Of a stretch of 64,000 bases of DNA, positions 1-12,392 are shown in pieces (the stretch's first letter is position 1; each line of letters begins with the position of its first letter). Origin of the DNA: Podospora anserina (taxonomy: Eukaryota); assembly GCA_017654855.1 (NCBI GenBank), contig CM030332.1, positions 3,038,001 through 3,102,000 of the forward strand, written 5' to 3'. Under the pieces are notes generated by a model that ran no database searches, had not been told where the DNA came from, and saw only the letters and a list, made by a program, of their open reading frames with translations. The position numbers were made by a program, and so were the translations under genes.

Positions 1-420
1 CGGCAGCCCTCTGATTCTTCCGACCATCCAAGGGTCCCTCAACGCCGCAGCGAGTCTCAGGATCCTTTCCAGTACATGACGGACAAGCAGCCATCGCCTC
101 TTTCAGGAGCCTCAGCCTCGTCGCGGACACTTCATCTTGATCCTTTGTCGGGAGCACCCTATTATGGATCTTCAACGGTTGTTCGCCGACGGACCGGCGG
201 TCACGAAGACAGCGCCAGCGGCAGCGAGGACGCCTTTGACCCTGCGCCTCCTGGGCGGGTCAACAGCTCCGGCACCACCCGTCCTGACTCGAGGGGCGAT
301 GACAAGTTGTCTCCTTCGGCCAAGAAGTCATCTTCTTCCAGTTCGGCTGTGCCTTCTCGCAAGAAGTCGGTTGCTACACGGACCAGCATCTTGGGTACTG
401 CTAGAAGGAAAGCGAAATGA
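1..420 (+). CDS. 3' end of a gene starting upstream of the window; Ser/Arg-rich disordered C-terminus, product unknown
   Basis: Frame 1 is open from base 1 (RQPSDSSDHPRVPQRRSESQDPFQYMTDKQ...) to TGA at 418-420, followed by a T-rich 3'UTR-like stretch. Confidence 0.6.
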   Translation, partial: RQPSDSSDHPRVPQRRSESQDPFQYMTDKQPSPLSGASASSRTLHLDPLSGAPYYGSSTVVRRRTGGHEDSASGSEDAFDPAPPGRVNSSGTTRPDSRGDDKLSPSAKKSSSSSSAVPSRKKSVATRTSILGTARRKAK

Positions 421-792
421 TAAAGCCGAATGTGTCTCTGTTTTCTGTTTTTTTTTCTCTCTTTTCATTCTCCTCTCTGGGCAAAGTTTTGTGTGCGTGC
501 GTGCGCGGCGGTCGGAGTCTATTTATCATCCTGGAGCAAACAGCGCGGATTTTGGGAAAAGAGGATCGGCTGGGATAACTATAGACTTGTGGGAATTTGA
601 AATCAAATGAGTTTGTGTGAAGTTTTCTTGTTTGCAATATGTGCCCTTGCCATGTTTGATTGTCCTGACTTACAAATTCCACCGAGGTATACTTGACCAT
701 TAACGCCCGTTGTTTAATAATATCCATCATGATACCTTTTCCCACGTACCATCATCATCATCGTCATCATTATCGATTGTCGTTTGTGTCAG

Positions 793-1809
793 TTAATCAG
801 AAAAGAACTTTGTCACCCCCTTGACCATCCCATCCCCCCATCCACCACCACCCCCCAAGTCCCTAGTAAAACTCTCGGTCGTCTTCTCCCACGAACTCCC
901 GTCGTAACCCCTCGTCGATCGTTCCACTGTTGATCTGGCCATTTTGACCGCCCCGGCGGCACCCCCAGCCGCCCCGGCGAGTTTGACTGCCTCGCCGACG
1001 AGTCCTACGCTGTCTCCTGATGCGGCTTTACCGGCCACCCCGATGAGCCGCTCGATTGCTTTGGGGAGACGGATCCCTACTTTTGCGAGGAGGGCGGTGA
1101 GGAACCCGCCGGTGAGGAGGGGCATGATGACTAGCATGAAGACCTTGAGGGGGTGGCGCTTTGCGTGGTTGAGAAGGTCGCGAAGGAGGCGGCGGATTTT
1201 TTTGTGGAGTTTGGTTAGGAGGTTGGGGCGGGGGGAGCGTTTATAGTAGGAGGAGGGGGTGCTTGGGCGGCCGCCTGGGGGGGGGGAGGGGAGGTTAGTA
1301 TGGGATATAAGGAAAGGGGGGGTTTAATGTGTGGGAGACGAACCAAACCCAGCAAAGAAGGAGGATCGGGATGCGTTGCCGCCTGCGAGGTTAAACAACG
1401 CGCGTGAGGCGTTGGATTGGGAGAAGAACGAACGGGAATCATCATCCACACTGCCCCTATGACGAGACCTCGACCGGGAACGGTTGCGCTGGGAGCGGGA
1501 GGGGGCGGGCTCATGGTCGCCGTAGATGAGGTCGTCGTCGTCTGAGGACGGGGAGGCGAAGAAGGAGGTTATACCCCCCATCACCGACCCGCTTTCCTCC
1601 CCCGCATGACGATGATGATGCTTCTTTGAAGAACGGCGCCTGCTCCGGGAGCGCTCCTCGCGATGATACTCCCGGGGAGAAGAGCGGTCCTTGGACCTCG
1701 AACGGTGGTGCTTCCTGCTGGAGCGGTGGTGGGATCGGTGGTGCCGTTTGGAGGTTGAGTGGGCTGTTCGACCCGAGATGACGGAGGAGGCGTCGTCTAG
1801 GAGGCCCAT
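793..1809 (-). CDS. Fungal hypothetical protein: His/Arg/Ser-rich N-terminus, then one hydrophobic segment (2 exons)
   Basis: Exon 1 1809-1344, intron 1343-1275 (GTTCGT...CTAAC...CAG, 69 nt), exon 2 1274-793. Splicing joins the two track ORFs. Contains KKIRRLLRDLLNHAKRHPLKVFMLVIMPLLTGGFLTALLAKVGIRLP. Confidence 0.8.
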
Positions 1810-2319
1810 TTTGACGATAGAGTCTTCTCAAGATGTGGTGGAGGTTCTCGCGAGAAACAGGGGACGCGTTCGTAGGGCTGATCAGCAAGGTCCCTTGAAA
1901 ATAATGGAGCTATCACCAAGAATAGCAGAGGCACCGCAAAATGCAGGTACGAGTTGCGTCAAACCAGACACTAAACCAATGCACGAAACAAAGATTGACA
2001 GCGAAGCAACAACGGATACACATCTAACCCAGAAAAATGGAAACGAAGAGAGGGGAGTGATTTCACCGCTTCGCCTCTCCCCGCGAATTCAACAAATGCC
2101 AAAAATCATGAGGCTGGTCAACGAGCTGTGATCCTTGTCGGCATGTTGTTGATTGGATGACAGGTTGCGGAGCCCTGGCTGAAACGACTGTTGGTGCCGC
2201 AGGGCTGCAGGTGTAAGTGACCCTAACCCTGGGATATTCTGTGAAGCTATCTACATTGTCTCAATGCTGTCTATTAATATTCCCCGTTCTATCCCATGCG
2301 TTTTTGTATCACATCAACT

Positions 2320-3870
2320 TCAAGCCAAAAGTCTTTCACTTTCCCCCTCAGCCCTCGCCTCTCTCTCCTTCTTCAGCTGCTCATAATCAGGCAGCCAAAG
2401 ACTCAACACGGTAAACACCAACGCCATAGCCACCATCAACACCCAAATCGAATACCCATGCAGCAACCACTGCGCCTTCACACTCAACGCATACAAACTC
2501 GCAAACAGAGCCGGAGAAAACGACCTCATCCCGCTCACCACGGCCTGCGAAATCGACACCAACGTCCCAAGCATCCTCGCAACAGGAGCAACATCATTGA
2601 CAGCAAGCTGAATAGCCGTAAACGACATACTCACCCCGCTCCCCAAGCAGAAAAACACCGGCGCACACACCCAAAACACCGTCACAAACTCCGGCCTCCC
2701 CGTCCTCACCAACATGCTAAACACCGGCCCCAGCGCAAAGAAGAACGGATACGCCTTCGCACAAACCCTCATAACCCCATTCGTCCCAATCCTCGCCTGC
2801 AGCCTCGGGAAGATCGCCAGCATCCAAACCGCCTGACTCAACCCAGTAAGCCCCATCAGCCACGAAATCTGCACCGGCGAGAACCCAAACCCCCCCAACT
2901 CCACCTTGGTAAACCAAAACACCGGCAAGATGGCCGTGTAAGAGTAAGCCAGCAACATCACCCACCCATTCACCACCAACACGATCCCCACCCCGGGACT
3001 CCTCACCAACTGCCCAACCGTCATCCTCTCCACCTCCCTCTTCCCCTCCGTCCCCCTATCCAACGTCTCCTCCACCCAAACCCCTACCACCCCAGCACAC
3101 CCCAACCCCATCCCCCCAATCACCAAACTAGACAACAAATACGGATACCGTTCCATCAACCCCCCCTCGAAAAACCCCGGCCACGTCCCCGCCGGCTCAG
3201 CCAACATCCCCCCCATCAACGGCCCAAGCGAAATCCCCATATTATTCGCAATGCTAAACCACCCAAACGCCTTGGCCTGGTGGTTCCCGCTCCTCTGCCC
3301 GCACTGCTCTGCAATCATGGTCCTGATCGTCACCACGTTCCCCGCAAAGACACCCGCCGCGCACCGATAAACAATCATTTCTGTGATTGTTTTGGCAGTG
3401 CCAAACAGCATCGTCGCGAGGGAAACCCCTACTATGGAGGCGACAAGGACGGGTTTTCGACCAAAGGAGTCGGAGGCCCGGCCCCAGAAGACCATGACAA
3501 ACATTTGGGTGAGGGAGAAGAGGGATTCGATCAGGCCCGAGTAGAAGCCTACGTCTGTGTCGGGGAGGGCGCCGTTTTCTTGGGCCATTTTGTTGATGTA
3601 GGGGAAGATGGAGAAGAAGGCTATGGGTTCGAGGAGGCGGGCGAGGCAGAGGAGGAGGATTTGGGAGGCTGGGAAGGGGGGTTCGGATTCTTCTTCTGGG
3701 GGGTCATTGTTGATGGTTGGGGAGGGACCTGGGGGGAGGGCTGCGTCGCCTCCTGTTGTTGGGAGCGGGAGGAGGAGGGGGGTTTGCTCCGTTGGTGGTT
3801 TGAGGGGTGGTGGTGATGGTTGTTGTAGCGATGATGAGGAGGAGTAGGTGGAGGAGAGTAGGCTCCTCAT
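2320..3870 (-). CDS. Major facilitator superfamily transporter (DHA1/TCR-like), single exon
   Basis: About 12 hydrophobic segments, MFS motif A (WGRASDSFGRKPVL) and a motif C-like stretch (GISLGPLMGG). First ATG at 3870; the track start at 3915 is a TTG. Confidence 0.92.
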   Translation of the reverse strand: MRSLLSSTYSSSSSLQQPSPPPLKPPTEQTPLLLPLPTTGGDAALPPGPSPTINNDPPEEESEPPFPASQILLLCLARLLEPIAFFSIFPYINKMAQENGALPDTDVGFYSGLIESLFSLTQMFVMVFWGRASDSFGRKPVLVASIVGVSLATMLFGTAKTITEMIVYRCAAGVFAGNVVTIRTMIAEQCGQRSGNHQAKAFGWFSIANNMGISLGPLMGGMLAEPAGTWPGFFEGGLMERYPYLLSSLVIGGMGLGCAGVVGVWVEETLDRGTEGKREVERMTVGQLVRSPGVGIVLVVNGWVMLLAYSYTAILPVFWFTKVELGGFGFSPVQISWLMGLTGLSQAVWMLAIFPRLQARIGTNGVMRVCAKAYPFFFALGPVFSMLVRTGRPEFVTVFWVCAPVFFCLGSGVSMSFTAIQLAVNDVAPVARMLGTLVSISQAVVSGMRSFSPALFASLYALSVKAQWLLHGYSIWVLMVAMALVFTVLSLWLPDYEQLKKEREARAEGESERLLA

Positions 3871-4630
3871 TTTGGCGGTGAGCTTTAGCTGATTGTGAGG
3901 GTGGTAAGTGCTCAAGATGTTGTAAACGTAGGCGTGTTAAAGTAATGTAAGATCGAGTCGTGAGAAGAGCCGCACTAGGGGTATAAAACCTCGTCTTTCA
4001 TAAACGGTTTTGTGTGTGTATATCGTTGCTGGCAAAGTTGCTCGACGTTCAGACGTCTTGTCTCATGTCGCAAAAGGCGTGATGTGTAAAGTTTTCGGTT
4101 TCATAAACAGCGCGTTTGCATTATATTACCCCGACCTCGGGCTTTTGGAATCCCTAAAACCAACCGATGAGCAAAAGGAAAAGGATGGGAAAATGGGAAA
4201 CTGTCGTGAAATGCAGGTTCAACCATTGAAAGAGCGATAGCAAAAACCGCACTGGCCAATCCGGATGTTGTTGGTTCCCTTGCTCACATCGTCGATACGA
4301 TTGGTCCGAATGGATATAAAAGCGGGTTTTGGTTTTGGCCTTGCCTCGACAAAAACGGACTTCTCACCGTTTGACCGTTCCAACTTCCATCGCAATGGCT
4401 GTACCTGCCCGAGTACATACATGACCACCACCTCATGCTTCCTGTATCACCGAAAGCCTCCTCCTCAAGGAGATAACTCGCATTCCATTGTCCAGCCAAG
4501 CAAGTCAGGTCCGTTCCTGCGCAAAAGGCCAAACCAGCAGCAGCCTGTGTTTTCCCAATACGGAAGGCAGTACAAGTACCAGAGAAACACAGTTCCAGAA
4601 AGGAAGGGTCCAACGTGACCTTGCAAGTTG

Positions 4631-4631
<1 letters not shown>

Positions 4632-4681
<50 letters not shown>
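4632..4681. repeat. (AC)25 microsatellite
   Basis: Perfect dinucleotide run. Confidence 0.98.
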
Positions 4682-4683
<2 letters not shown>

Positions 4684-4834
4684 GTGTGATGTGAAGTGTT
4701 GTTCTGGTTCGTTCCATCTGGCAGTTTTGGTTGGTAATTTCTCCGAGAGGGCTTTGTGTGACGAACGAGCGCCACTTTCCATGCCTCGGGAATATCTCAG
4801 GTTTGTACTGCCGTAAGTCAGGTCATTCTGAAAC

Positions 4835-4952
4835 TGGTGGTGGTAGTGGTGGTAGTGGTGGTGGTGATGATGGTGGTGAAGAGTTGAGTTTTGAATCGAG
4901 ATATGCCTATTTATTAATGACCTCAAAGGTAATCTGTAAACTAGTTCGCAAC

Positions 4953-4983
<31 letters not shown>
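4835..4983. repeat. Imperfect (GGT)n tract (4835-4878) and A30 homopolymer (4954-4983)
   Basis: Directly visible, downstream of the minus-strand 2EXR gene. Confidence 0.9.
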
Positions 4984-4986
<3 letters not shown>

Positions 4987-5224
4987 GAGGGTATAAAGGT
5001 ATCTCTGTCGTAAACCCTTTGAAACCGTTCGTTAAACCCCCCCAAAAGCACCTATCTAAACGCCGTGCTGTCTGCTATTCTCCGGTCGTGTCTTGACCAC
5101 CCGTCCGTTTTTGCTTCTCCCTCTTGATGTCGCAGAATATAGGACAGAAATGTAGAACAGAAACCGCTGCTCATGAACCCTATTATTATGAAGCCAGAAT
5201 CCCTGCCATGCATGCAAACCCAAA

Positions 5225-6547
5225 TCAAGAAGCATACCCCCCCCTTACCTGCACCCCCGAACTCAACCCAGCATACCCAGCATACCCCCCATTCCTCTGA
5301 CTGGTATACCTCCACAACAGGCTCGCCCCCTTGAGCTTCAACTTCTTCGCCAAACCCCTCAGGTCATCCTCCGCCCCTCTCTTGGCCCCACTCTTCTCTG
5401 GCTTCTCCTCCTCAGGAGCGGTGCTCTTATCCATAGCCCACACGAACCTCTTCCTAAACCGCCTCCAGTCATCATTCGTCGGCCGTGGATCGCACCACTC
5501 CCCTTCCTCCCCAATCTCCCCGAGGTCCCAGTCGTCTTTCTCCTCGTCGATTGGCAGCGGGTAGTACGACAGCTCGTTATGGTGAGGCCGTCGGGGTTGG
5601 TGGTTGATGTTGGCTTCAATGTCGAACTTGAACCGGTAGGCTTGGTGTATCTGTTGGGGTCGGTATTGTGGTTCAGATGATGAGGAGGAAGCAGAGGTTG
5701 ATGGAGGAGACGAAGACAATGGTGGCAGAGATGGAAGAGGTAATGACTGGGGCGGTGATGGCGAAGGGGCATTGCTGCTCATTGGAGTGGGCAAACGACT
5801 TGCTGATGGTGATAAACTTGGCATTGGAGTGCCAGTTCCACTGATCGCACTGCTCGGTGCTGGTGATGGATAACCGCCCATGCCCGTCGCTGCTGCCCCT
5901 TGTAGTTGTGCGTGTTGCTGATGGTTTGAAAGGGGCGCCATCCCGGATGGGTGCCCGAAATCAAACTCGAACTGGAACTCCTGATGAACGACAAACACCA
6001 ATGTTTGTAGCTTGGGGAACTTGGCCAGACTGGTCATCAGCTTGTGCATGTTCGTCTTGGAGACCTTCCAGCTCAACACAGGGTGAAAGATTCCTGGGTA
6101 GATGCCGTACGAGGTGCCGAGGGCCAGTCTGTTGATGTTGTCCCGCACAAGAGGAATCTGGCTCATGAAATGCAGCGTCCGGTGTAGCCGTTTGACCAAC
6201 AGATATGGTTCCAGGAGCAAGATGTCCCGGGAGAGGTCGACGTACTTCGTCGTCGGGCCTAGCGTCAACGGTTTGTAGTGGTGAAGCACAAAGCATCGGC
6301 TCTCTCGACAGACAGCTGCCAGCGGCGGAGGAGGCTCCGGGTGCACATTGGCAAACATCAACCCCTTCTGAGCCGGAGTCTTCTGTTTGGAGCTGGGAGC
6401 ATCCATGACCTCGTACACCCGGGATTCTGGCAACGAGTACTCCCAAATCATATTCCGGATCTCTGCCGGTAATCGCTGAAAACTCCAAAACTCTGTCGGC
6501 GTCTGAGCGAACCCTCGCCTGTGGTAGTTCTGATCGCGATGCATCAT
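5225..6547 (-). CDS. 2EXR-domain protein
   Basis: FWSFQRLPAEIRNMIWEYSLPESRVYEV...PPPLAAVCRESR...YVDLSRDILLL matches the 2EXR pattern. First ATG at 6547. The frame stays open to ~6798, where a CAG acceptor-like site lies, so the true start is uncertain. Confidence 0.8.
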   Translation of the reverse strand: MMHRDQNYHRRGFAQTPTEFWSFQRLPAEIRNMIWEYSLPESRVYEVMDAPSSKQKTPAQKGLMFANVHPEPPPPLAAVCRESRCFVLHHYKPLTLGPTTKYVDLSRDILLLEPYLLVKRLHRTLHFMSQIPLVRDNINRLALGTSYGIYPGIFHPVLSWKVSKTNMHKLMTSLAKFPKLQTLVFVVHQEFQFEFDFGHPSGMAPLSNHQQHAQLQGAAATGMGGYPSPAPSSAISGTGTPMPSLSPSASRLPTPMSSNAPSPSPPQSLPLPSLPPLSSSPPSTSASSSSSEPQYRPQQIHQAYRFKFDIEANINHQPRRPHHNELSYYPLPIDEEKDDWDLGEIGEEGEWCDPRPTNDDWRRFRKRFVWAMDKSTAPEEEKPEKSGAKRGAEDDLRGLAKKLKLKGASLLWRYTSQRNGGYAGYAGLSSGVQVRGGYAS

Positions 6548-9500
6548 GTCGGGCCTCGAATCGTAGTGGTCGATGCTAGATTTCTTCCCAACCGTCAGAA
6601 TTTCGTGCTTCGTACGGCCCTGATATGTCGGGCAGCCTTCGTTTCGGCCAGATCCGGTCTCGCCAAGTAGAAAGGTCCTTTCTCCCGTGTCGTCGAGCCT
6701 CTGATGATAATAGCCGGCCCAGCCTCTCGGTCCCGCTGGCCACGTCAAATCAACCTCTCCACACCGACTCTTTGAGCCGCTCTCCAACGACACGTCGACT
6801 GGGGAAAAAATAATGGGCTGTGATATGAGAATGCCGGTAATTCACTGGAAATAAGACCGCCCACTATTAATGTCCCTTCCCTTTCCCTCGATCGACTGTT
6901 GCTACCGCTTGGTGGCGGGATTCTGCAGAATGTTGGACTTGCAGGTGGCAGGCCGGGCGGGAGGGTTGCTTATGAGAAGCTGAGTTATATGGAGGCTTTG
7001 GTGTGCGTGGAATACCTGGGGAGGTTGACCAGTGAGAGGGTGTTGATGGGATATGGGGGAAAGTTCTCAGCTGCAACAGACTATGTGCGGTATCACGTCA
7101 TCCACTATGGAAGGGAGTCTCTTGAAAGGTCAGAAAGCAAAGGAGGAAGTTGGAAGAGAAATCGAGAAGGGGTACGAAGGCAGGACACCACCAAGTTTTG
7201 GGGCTGTTCTGTGGCTTCTCAGCTCCCGTCACTTGACAAAGCGAGCACGAGGGCGAACCGAGCTTGACCAGCCTGGCAATGGCAATACGGAACCCTGGAC
7301 CAAAGCACCATGCTCGGGAGCACGTCGGGAGTAGCACATGTCGGAAACGAGGTCAGGGGGGTGGATACAAGGTGCACTTCTTCCCCCCTAGTGCTGCCAA
7401 AACCCAACCGTAGGTGGACTACCATCTGTGCTTGCTTGGACATGGGAGCCGAAGGAATCCTGGACGGCTTTCAAGATGGGACGAACAGGCCCCAAAACCT
7501 TCCACAAGAGGCAAACTCCCGCACGGTACTGCTCGCTGGCCGGCACAGCATGACCATGGCCCATCCGAGGCTACCGACTGTTGGGCAGTGGAGGGCTTGG
7601 TCATATTCATGTCATTTCTGCTTCCCACTGTGGCAGCCCGAAGACGAAGTGGCTTGAAGAGGCAGCTGGGAGCAAGCCCCAAGCGTGGTCCCAACAAAAA
7701 GTGTCAAAGGGAGCCAGCCGGCCATTGGGAAGTCCCCCGTCAGCTGGGGAAACCCACTGAGCATCAAGAACTGGCCGTCTTGGGAGTTGGGAGCGGGATG
7801 GCGAAAAGGCAGCAAGGACCCCCTCCTGGGTCCTTTGGCCGCGTATGTAGGTAGTACTCTCGTGGAATAATAAGCAAAGACGAGACATTAACTACCCAGG
7901 TCAGAGTAGTGTGAGGTCAGTGAGGTCAGAGAGACAAGGGAGCGCTGCAGAGCATAGCATGCAGCGTAGTAAACGGATGGTACGTGGCCAGGGAAAAGTA
8001 GTGAGCTATTCTTAGCATATAAGGGACCACGTTTTAATCCTGCAGTGATCCAATTCATTAGCTCTTCAGGCTTACCGATCTTGGGGCCCATGGTAACGTG
8101 CCGTCGAAGCAGAGTCGCAGTTGAGCGCCGGCTCTGGTGATCGAGCAAGTGGAGGTAGTGTTGTAGTGGGACGCCCAGAAAACTACCCAAGTAGCGGTAG
8201 GGAGGCTGGTCCTGGTCCTGGTCCTGGGAGGAGGGGGCACAACCTCTTCGCCAACTTGTCCCGAAGACGCCAGATCGCTTTTGCTGGTCAACGACAGAAC
8301 CAAGATATCCAACGACCAAGTTGAGCCCCCTCCAAAGTTCCAGAAATATCCCTGTCCCCAGGATTGTGACGGCATGGGGCGCCAACAAGCTGAGAAGCCG
8401 CCTGTCATGCGTAACGATCAATAGCGCACAGAAATATTAATCAGATTCCGTACACAAACATTGCAGGCGAGGAGGAGCTGCGGAACGGCAACCAAGCGAG
8501 ATGGGTAGCGTACATCTGCTACGGAGAAAACATACATGTACGTACCAGCCCATGAACGGTGACGGTGACTCGGGGCGGGATGGACGTGGGGATAGGGGAC
8601 TCCAGAGTACCACATCGAGCATGGATGGCAAAACGCCCGGGCTGCGAGGTTGCGCACGAAGAGAGTGATGAGGGGGAAATGTGAGACCGAACGGACGGAA
8701 GGGCCCTTTTTGAAATCCGTGATGAATCCCTCGAAACTCGAAACCAAACGTCGATTGGGTGATCAAGGTCAGTGGACTGGCCCGACGCAGACGGGACGAA
8801 ACACCAAGCAAGTTCCTTTTCTGTGACTTTGTTTGGTGGGAGGTGCGTGACATAGATGAAAAGACCTCCGTTTAATCAAGTCCTCGACGTTTCTGTTGGT
8901 CGAGGTGGTCACTCGCGCCGCGACGGGCGAGTCCGGCCATCGAATGCGGAAGGCCCTCGGACACTTAAGCCATGAGGGGTGTGTCACTGTCACTCGACAT
9001 TGTGATCATGGAGAAAATGGAAGCGACTGAATGAAGCGGAAGCGACAAACTCCGGCGAGAAAGATACCCAGGAAGTGGGGGCTGTCGGTGAGGTCCGAGC
9101 CAGCCCTGCTCTTCTCGCGAGGTTCCCGAGCAGACAAGAAAAGCGGGGTCGGGATCGGTCTGGTCGGCCAAGGAATTGTTCCGGAACTTTGGACCTGACC
9201 TCCTCTGATTGGCTGCAGACCGACTGCCGAATGACTAAGCGGGGCGCTCCACCAGGATTTTGGAATATCAACAGCAAGCAGCGAAAATTTGTTTCGGTTT
9301 CCTTTTCTTCTTTTTTTTTCTTCGTGCGGCGCCACGACCATTTCAAAACATTACCCGTGTTGCTCGAGTCCGATTCCTTCGGGGATTTCTATGTGACTCG
9401 CAGCGTCAGTCGTGGCACAGATCAATGAATTGCACGCCGATCTCTTCTACCAGTCAGCCCACCGAGGAGAACCCCTCCAGGGCTCGGTGGTGGTGTTGAG

Positions 9501-10151
9501 GTTGGACATAACTATTTTCTGTGACCTTTTGCGTGTGTGCCAATGTCTTGGTACTCGTGTTCGATTTCCCAACGACTTTGGTTCTTCCATCGTTACCAGG
9601 CTCTGGATTGTGATGAGGGAAGCTTGTCGTCAATGCCGTCTTTGCGGCGGCTATTGTCAACGGGTTTTACCAGGCATTGTGTTGGATGCTCAAACCGTTT
9701 ATCCCGTTCCCAATGCCTTTCCAAGCACAACCAGGAAGACCACCAGCCATGCGTTTTAACCCGTCGATCCTATGATTGTTTATTGCTGTGGTTCCAGGAA
9801 TGAGGTTGGGCGGTACAAGCCATCCATCTTCGAAGTGGGTGCTGGGTTAATTTATCCATATCTCTTTCACTGCCAACGCGTTATGCACAAGTGAGCTGGA
9901 TTAGTGTACACCATCGAGCTGCCACCTCCTACATTGGGACGAAAAGAGAATGGTATCATGAATTCCTCATCGGAAAACCAGCTACTAAGACTGTTCGGTT
10001 GGCGAGAGACATTCCGACCTTAACACCCCAGCCACGCTCATATATATCATAATCTGGAGTCGATATGATTTCTCTCTCTGTCTCTGGAAATGGAAGTCCT
10101 CCAACTCCCCAACCCTCAGTCCGGACTGGGTAGCCTTGATTCGTACGGACT

Positions 10152-11301
10152 CTATTCATCACCGATCTTCTCGAGTTTGCCCATCTCACGCTTCTCCCCA
10201 GCCTCGCCAACTAACCGGACACGGTCCAGTCTCACCTTCTCGCTGTCACCGTCCCCGTCCACCACAAACAACACCAGACTGTTGATGTTCTGAAACTTCA
10301 CATATCGTAAACTGATGTTGGCTGTGCCATCCGGGTTCCAATCCTTCTCCGAGAGCTCGATGACCTGCGTGGCACTCATGTCCTCGGCCTCGTCAAACCC
10401 GAGGTTATGCGACTTGTTGGTAAACAGCTTGATGGTTTTGGGTCGCATGGGAGCTTCGTCATCGTCATCATCAGAGGGAGGCAATGAGGTGATCTGGAGA
10501 TGGTCAGGTCAGTAGGATGCTCCTCTGTGCTGCGTTGGTTCCAGGGGAACGCACCTGAAGAGTGTGTAGCTTAATCATGGCCTGGAAAGGCAAAAAGAGC
10601 ATCAGCTGCTCATCCGTGTCACTTTCCACCCAGTCCTTTGTGGCACTCTTTTGCCCTGACAGCGCACTTGGCCTGGACTTGTCAAGCAGGGTGCGCACAC
10701 CCTCTGGGCCAGACTCAACGTTCAGAAGCTCGCAACGGTTGATCTCGATCTGATCTGTGATATCAGTGTAGCCGCGAGGCAGCTCCGCACCTCTCCAGGT
10801 CGCACCGCTACTGCTTGACCCTCCGGCGGCTCCTCCAGGGTTCTCGATAGCCTCTTGAAAATGCCCGCGGATGGTCTCAAGCATGCCCGAGAGCTTCTGC
10901 ACATCTGCCCCTTTCACCCGGGAGGTAATCTGGCCATTTCGGAAATAGATAAAGGTTGGCAGAGAGGTGACGTTGTAGGCCTGGGCAATGTCCTTTTGGG
11001 TGTCGGTGTTGACCTTGATGAAGGCCAAGACGTTTTCGTGAGAGAGCTCCTCGGACGCCTTCTCGAAGATGGGCTTGATCGCCTTGCAAGGGCCACACCA
11101 GTCGGCATAGACTACAGAAACAAACGCCAGCTTCTTAGCAAGAGTTCGGGGTGCTAGATAGCATGAGGGTGGCCCATGTTGGGGCAGCGACGCGACAGAA
11201 CACTTACAGTCTGCGACAACCAAGGCATTGGTTTGCAAGATGGTTTGGAACTGCGCTGAGGAGGTAACCTCTATCGGCTTGGAGTCGTGTGTTGACGACA
11301 T
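10152..11301 (-). CDS. TXL1: Thioredoxin-like protein 1 (N-terminal thioredoxin, C-terminal PITH domain), 3 exons
   Basis: Introns 11207-11112 (GTAAGT..TAG) and 10554-10494 (GTGCGT..CAG). Spliced protein has ADFYADWCGPCK and PITH motifs (WVESDTDEQLMLFLPFQ, LRYVKFQNINSLVLFV). Confidence 0.93.
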
Positions 11302-12392
11302 GGCGGGCGACGAAAATTATTTCCCCGGCGCTTTCGCGAAGGTTTTCGATAGGGTGCGGCGAGATGGTGTCGGGCGAGTACCTATGTAATAAGTGTTGTC
11401 GATAGTTGATGGTCGATGGAAGAGTGCCCGGCGATGACAACAGAGCTCTGCCCCACGAAGAGACCCCTGCAAGGAACCAGCTGGTGGGGCCTAACCCTGA
11501 AGTGTCTTAGCGCGGGGTTCAGCTCTTGGCAGCTCTCTCGGAAACGCAGAGACCATCCGATGATGTTGAACAGAGAATTCTCTTTCTTGAACATTCCACA
11601 TGTCTCATTCAGCTGAGCAATACACAAAAGCTTCCTAGACAACGCTACATAATACAGGAAAAACAGGTGTCGACATTGGTGTCTATCAGTCTGTGTGGCA
11701 TCACGGGTAGCTAACCGTCGAACCAGGCTTGTCAACGGCTAACTGTTCAACGACGACAACAACTACATTGTCACCGGTGTGGATTTATGTCAATAAAGGC
11801 GTCGAATTTCAGCAAACAGTCTTCACCGTATCAATAGAAATATCTACATAATAGGACTCATCTCGCCTCTCTTTTTGGCAAAGTGCAGTTCTAATGAGAC
11901 ATGCGTCACAAGGGTTCGTTCCGGTTCCAAGCAGGGAAACCCATGGGTCACACAAACTACGTCATAAGACCACGCTCATGAGCACCTCCTCAAGATGCCC
12001 GACCCAGCACCCCGACAAGGTCTATGAAGGGGCAGATGATCCGCGAGATTCCATTATTAGTAGTAGTTTTCTCTTCCCGTTGTCATCTGGTCTTTTCATC
12101 TCAACACCAGACAATCTTCCCTCACACAAAACCTTGTGTGCTTCGGGTTCTTGACTAGGCGATTTAAGCAACAGTCTACGGCTCTAGTGCCGTTGCTGTG
12201 TCCTGCCATCGTTTCTAGGGACTGATCAGTATCAACATAACATTCCCCCTTCCAATTAACTCACCCTCGGAATCGACGTTACCTGGTAAACCGAATCCCA
12301 TCTCCACCAGCCTCAGGTCTCTCTATCTAACACGATCTCCAGTCTCAATATCCATTACTATCTATCACCGCCACAACATCCACTCGCCCATC

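Noticed and set aside
2296..3816. 506-aa His/Pro/Arg-rich ORF on +
   Set aside because: Antisense shadow of the MFS gene, caused by its G-rich codon usage.
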